Origin: Candidatus Eiseniibacteriota bacterium
GTDB lineage: Bacteria; Eisenbacteria; RBG-16-71-46; CAIMUX01
NCBI GenBank assembly: GCA_903844735.1
Contig: CAIMUX010000080.1
Span: 18,820-82,819 of the forward strand
Direction of reading: 5' to 3'
Length of the DNA stretch: 64,000 nt
The position numbers and the translations under genes are program-made. Of the stretch, positions 61,465 through 64,000 are shown piece after piece. The notes beneath the pieces were generated by a model, which saw only the letters and a program-made list of their open reading frames with translations, had not been told where the DNA came from and searched no databases. Within the stretch, counting starts at the first letter, position 1; every line of letters begins with the position of its first letter.

Positions 61465-62691
61465 ATGGGGGAGATAGTTGCGACGCTGACCGCCCGTCGT
61501 TCGTTCGTAGGTTCGCTCTGCTTTCTCGCAGTGCTGTCTCTGTTCCTCCTGCCGGCATCGGCCTGGGCTGTGGAGCCGGCCTTGGACCTCACCGTGAAGG
61601 ACAAGCCACTCGACGCGGGCGAGGTGCTCAAGATCGCATTCAGCCGCGCGTCCGGTGATTCCCTCGGCCGCACGGGGATCGTCCGTTACGAGCTGCTGCG
61701 GCAAGCCCCGGGCGAGGCGGTCTTCAAGGTTGCTCGCTCCTTTGCCGCCAGCCAGAGGCTCGGCCGGTTCACGTACGACGACACCGGGCTCAAGCCAGGG
61801 AAGCACTACCAGTACAAGGTCCGCACCGTCGGCGCTGATGGCTTTACCGCCGAAACCGCCCCCTGCCCACCCACAGCGCCGCGGCGGCAATGGTTCTTCA
61901 CCAACAAGCTCAATACCCTTGTGGCCACGGCGATCTTCTGCGCCTTTGTTCTCGGCTTCATCCACGCGGCACGCCGGGGGCGGCCGATGTTCATTCGCCG
62001 CATCGCCGGACTTGACGCCATCGACGAGGCGGTCGGCCGCTGCACCGAAATGGGCAAGCCGACGCTGTATGTTCCGGGTATCAGCACGATATCGGACGTG
62101 GCCACCATTGCCAGCCTGAACATTCTCGGGCAGGTGGCGAAGAAGATAGCCCAGTACCAGACTCGCATTCTCGTGCCCAATCGGGACCCCATCGTCTTCC
62201 CGGTGGCCCAGGACGTGGTGAAGGAAGCGTTCATCGAGGCCGGCTATCCCCACAACTACCGAAGTGATGACGTTTACTTTGTCACCAACGATCAGTTCGC
62301 CTACGCTGCCGCCGTCTGCGGCACCATGGTGCGCGAGAAGCCCGGGGCCAACCTCTTCCTCGGCATGTTCTACGCCGAATCGCTGGTGCTGGCGGAGACC
62401 GGCGCCTCGGTGGGGGCGATTCAGATCGCCGGCACCGACGCCATCTCGCAGTTGCCGTTCTTCGTGACCGCTTGCGACTACACCATCATCGGTGAGGAGC
62501 TCTACGCAGCCAGCGCCTACATCGGGCGTGAGCCGACGCTGTTGGGCACACTCAAGGGGCAGGACCTTTTCAAGATGGTCTGCCTCGGGGTCATCTGCCT
62601 GGGGGTTCTCCTCATGACACTCGGGGTGATTTTCCGGGGCAAGCCCTACGACGACATCCTTCAGCTCATCACCGTAAGGTCCGGGTCATGA
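61465..62691 (+). CDS. Cassette 2 gene A: signal peptide + FN3-like + TM + DUF6754-like domain
   Basis: Paralog of 50547: IRRIAGLDAIDEAVGRCTEMG...IIGEELYA. Confidence 0.8.
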   Translation: MGEIVATLTARRSFVGSLCFLAVLSLFLLPASAWAVEPALDLTVKDKPLDAGEVLKIAFSRASGDSLGRTGIVRYELLRQAPGEAVFKVARSFAASQRLGRFTYDDTGLKPGKHYQYKVRTVGADGFTAETAPCPPTAPRRQWFFTNKLNTLVATAIFCAFVLGFIHAARRGRPMFIRRIAGLDAIDEAVGRCTEMGKPTLYVPGISTISDVATIASLNILGQVAKKIAQYQTRILVPNRDPIVFPVAQDVVKEAFIEAGYPHNYRSDDVYFVTNDQFAYAAAVCGTMVREKPGANLFLGMFYAESLVLAETGASVGAIQIAGTDAISQLPFFVTACDYTIIGEELYAASAYIGREPTLLGTLKGQDLFKMVCLGVICLGVLLMTLGVIFRGKPYDDILQLITVRSGS

Positions 62692-62732
62692 CGGCGCGGC
62701 CGCAGTTCATCACCGAGAGGTCCGGGTCATGA
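62662..62732 (+). repeat. 30-bp direct repeat at the gene A/B junction
   Basis: 62662-62691 vs 62703-62732 differ at three positions. Confidence 0.8.
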
Positions 62733-63355
62733 AGACGCAGATCCCGCTCCTCATCTGCCTGGTGGCCGGGCTCTTCATGGGCTTGCAGTACTTCATCCCG
62801 GCGGCGTTGCCGGTCTACAACCGCGTGAACGACTACATCCAGGTGGTGACGGCGTTCTCGCTGGTGCTCGGGGTGGTCAACCTCATCCACCGACACATCG
62901 GGCGCATGCGGCCGAGCGGCCCACAGCGGCGGCGGCACAGGGACTGGCCATTTAGTCTCGCGGCGCTCGTCGGTCTGGTTGTCATGCTGTTTGCGGGGTT
63001 CGGGACCCAGCGCGGACCGATCTTCCAGTCGCTCTTCAACTCGATCCTCCTGCCGGTCCAATCGACGATGTTTGCGCTTCTGGCCTTCTACCTCGCGTCC
63101 GCGGCGTTCCGCGCCTTCCGCGTGCGCAGCGTGGACGCGGTGGTGCTGCTGGTGTCGGCGGTTGTGGTGATGGTTGGACGACTCGACGATGGCGGCGCCC
63201 TCGGGATTCCCTGGCTGTCACGGCAGATCCTCAACGGCCCGAACCTGGTGGCCAAGCGCGCCATCATCCTCGGGGTCGGACTCGGGATGGCCGCGACCGC
63301 TCTCAAGGTGGTGCTGGGGCTGGAACGGTCCTACCTCGGGTCGGGAAAGGAGTAG
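62729..63355 (+). CDS. Cassette 2 gene B membrane protein
   Basis: TMFALLAFYLASAAFRAFR and PNLVAKRAI motifs; paralog of 51807. Confidence 0.8.
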   Translation: MKTQIPLLICLVAGLFMGLQYFIPAALPVYNRVNDYIQVVTAFSLVLGVVNLIHRHIGRMRPSGPQRRRHRDWPFSLAALVGLVVMLFAGFGTQRGPIFQSLFNSILLPVQSTMFALLAFYLASAAFRAFRVRSVDAVVLLVSAVVVMVGRLDDGGALGIPWLSRQILNGPNLVAKRAIILGVGLGMAATALKVVLGLERSYLGSGKE

Positions 63356-63358
63356 GCC

Positions 63359-64000
63359 GTGACAACCGTTGACCTGCTCCAGAGGTTACTGGTCCTGGAC
63401 CGGAGAATCATCTACGCCCTGCTCCTGGTCTGCGCGGTGGTGCCGTTCTACATGAACTGGCCGCCGATCAAGATGGAGGTCTCGAAAGAGACCCAGGACG
63501 CCTACGACGCCATCGACGCCATTCCGCCCGACGGGAACCCGCTGGTGCTCTCCTTCGACTACGACCCGGCCTCCGCGGCGGAGCTGACGCCGATGGCCGA
63601 AGCTGTGCTCCGGCACTGCTTCGCCAAGAAGATCCGCGTGCTCGGGATCAGCCTGCAGTACAGCGGCCAGGGAGCCGGGATCGCCGCGGAGGTGATGCCG
63701 CGGATCGCGCGCGAGTTCGGCCGCGAGCAGAATGTCGACTGGGCGTTCATGGGCTTCCAGCCGAATGCCGTGGTCGCCATGCTCCAGATGGGCGAAGACT
63801 TCAAGAAGACGTTTCCGACCGACTACTACGGCACGGCCGTCGACAAGATAGCGCTCATGGAGAACATCCAGAACTACGACCAGGTGCCGGCCGTGCTCAC
63901 GCTGGCCGGGACCGCCGTGGCCGAGAGCTGGGTGACCTATCCCGGCATGCGCTACGGCGTGACGATCCTGACCGGCCTGACCGCCGTCTATGTCGCCGAC
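63359..64000 (+). CDS. Cassette 2 gene C, 3'-truncated by the window edge (not in the ORF track)
   Basis: AAGGAG RBS and GTG start; LDRRIIY...FDYDP...LRHCF...MGEDF, open to the window end; paralog of 52431. Confidence 0.8.
   Translation, partial: MTTVDLLQRLLVLDRRIIYALLLVCAVVPFYMNWPPIKMEVSKETQDAYDAIDAIPPDGNPLVLSFDYDPASAAELTPMAEAVLRHCFAKKIRVLGISLQYSGQGAGIAAEVMPRIAREFGREQNVDWAFMGFQPNAVVAMLQMGEDFKKTFPTDYYGTAVDKIALMENIQNYDQVPAVLTLAGTAVAESWVTYPGMRYGVTILTGLTAVYVAD

Overview
High-GC bacterial chromosome segment spanning the replication origin. Left arm on the minus strand: ileS-gyrA-gyrB-DUF721-dnaN-dnaA. Right arm on the plus strand: rpmH-rnpA-yidD-yidC-jag-rsmG-parA-parB-bactofilin. DnaA boxes, DnaA-trios and two parS sites are visible. 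Flanking genes include a serine palmitoyltransferase-like/reductase/fabF cluster, a large secreted beta-propeller with a FlgD-Ig-type C-terminus, a Tat-signal TldD plus TldE, a B12/Fe-type ABC transporter, a TPM-NTase-LemA operon, two FGE-sulfatase-fold lipoproteins and a MASE1-PAS-GGDEF-EAL protein. The gene content suggests an FCB-related candidate lineage such as Eisenbacteria (inference only). Highlights: (1) two paralogous copies of an uncharacterised four-gene membrane cassette (FN3+DUF6754-like gene plus three membrane genes) that looks like an undescribed membrane complex or transporter; (2) two families of small non-coding heptamer-repeat elements, one with IS66-like GTAAC...GTCAC ends and a perfect 8-bp target duplication; (3) a DnaA-box cluster about 8.5 kb from oriC; (4) an unusual GyrA QRDR/active site. 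No rRNA, tRNA, CRISPR or transposase gene was recognised. All family assignments are by motif recognition, not database search.
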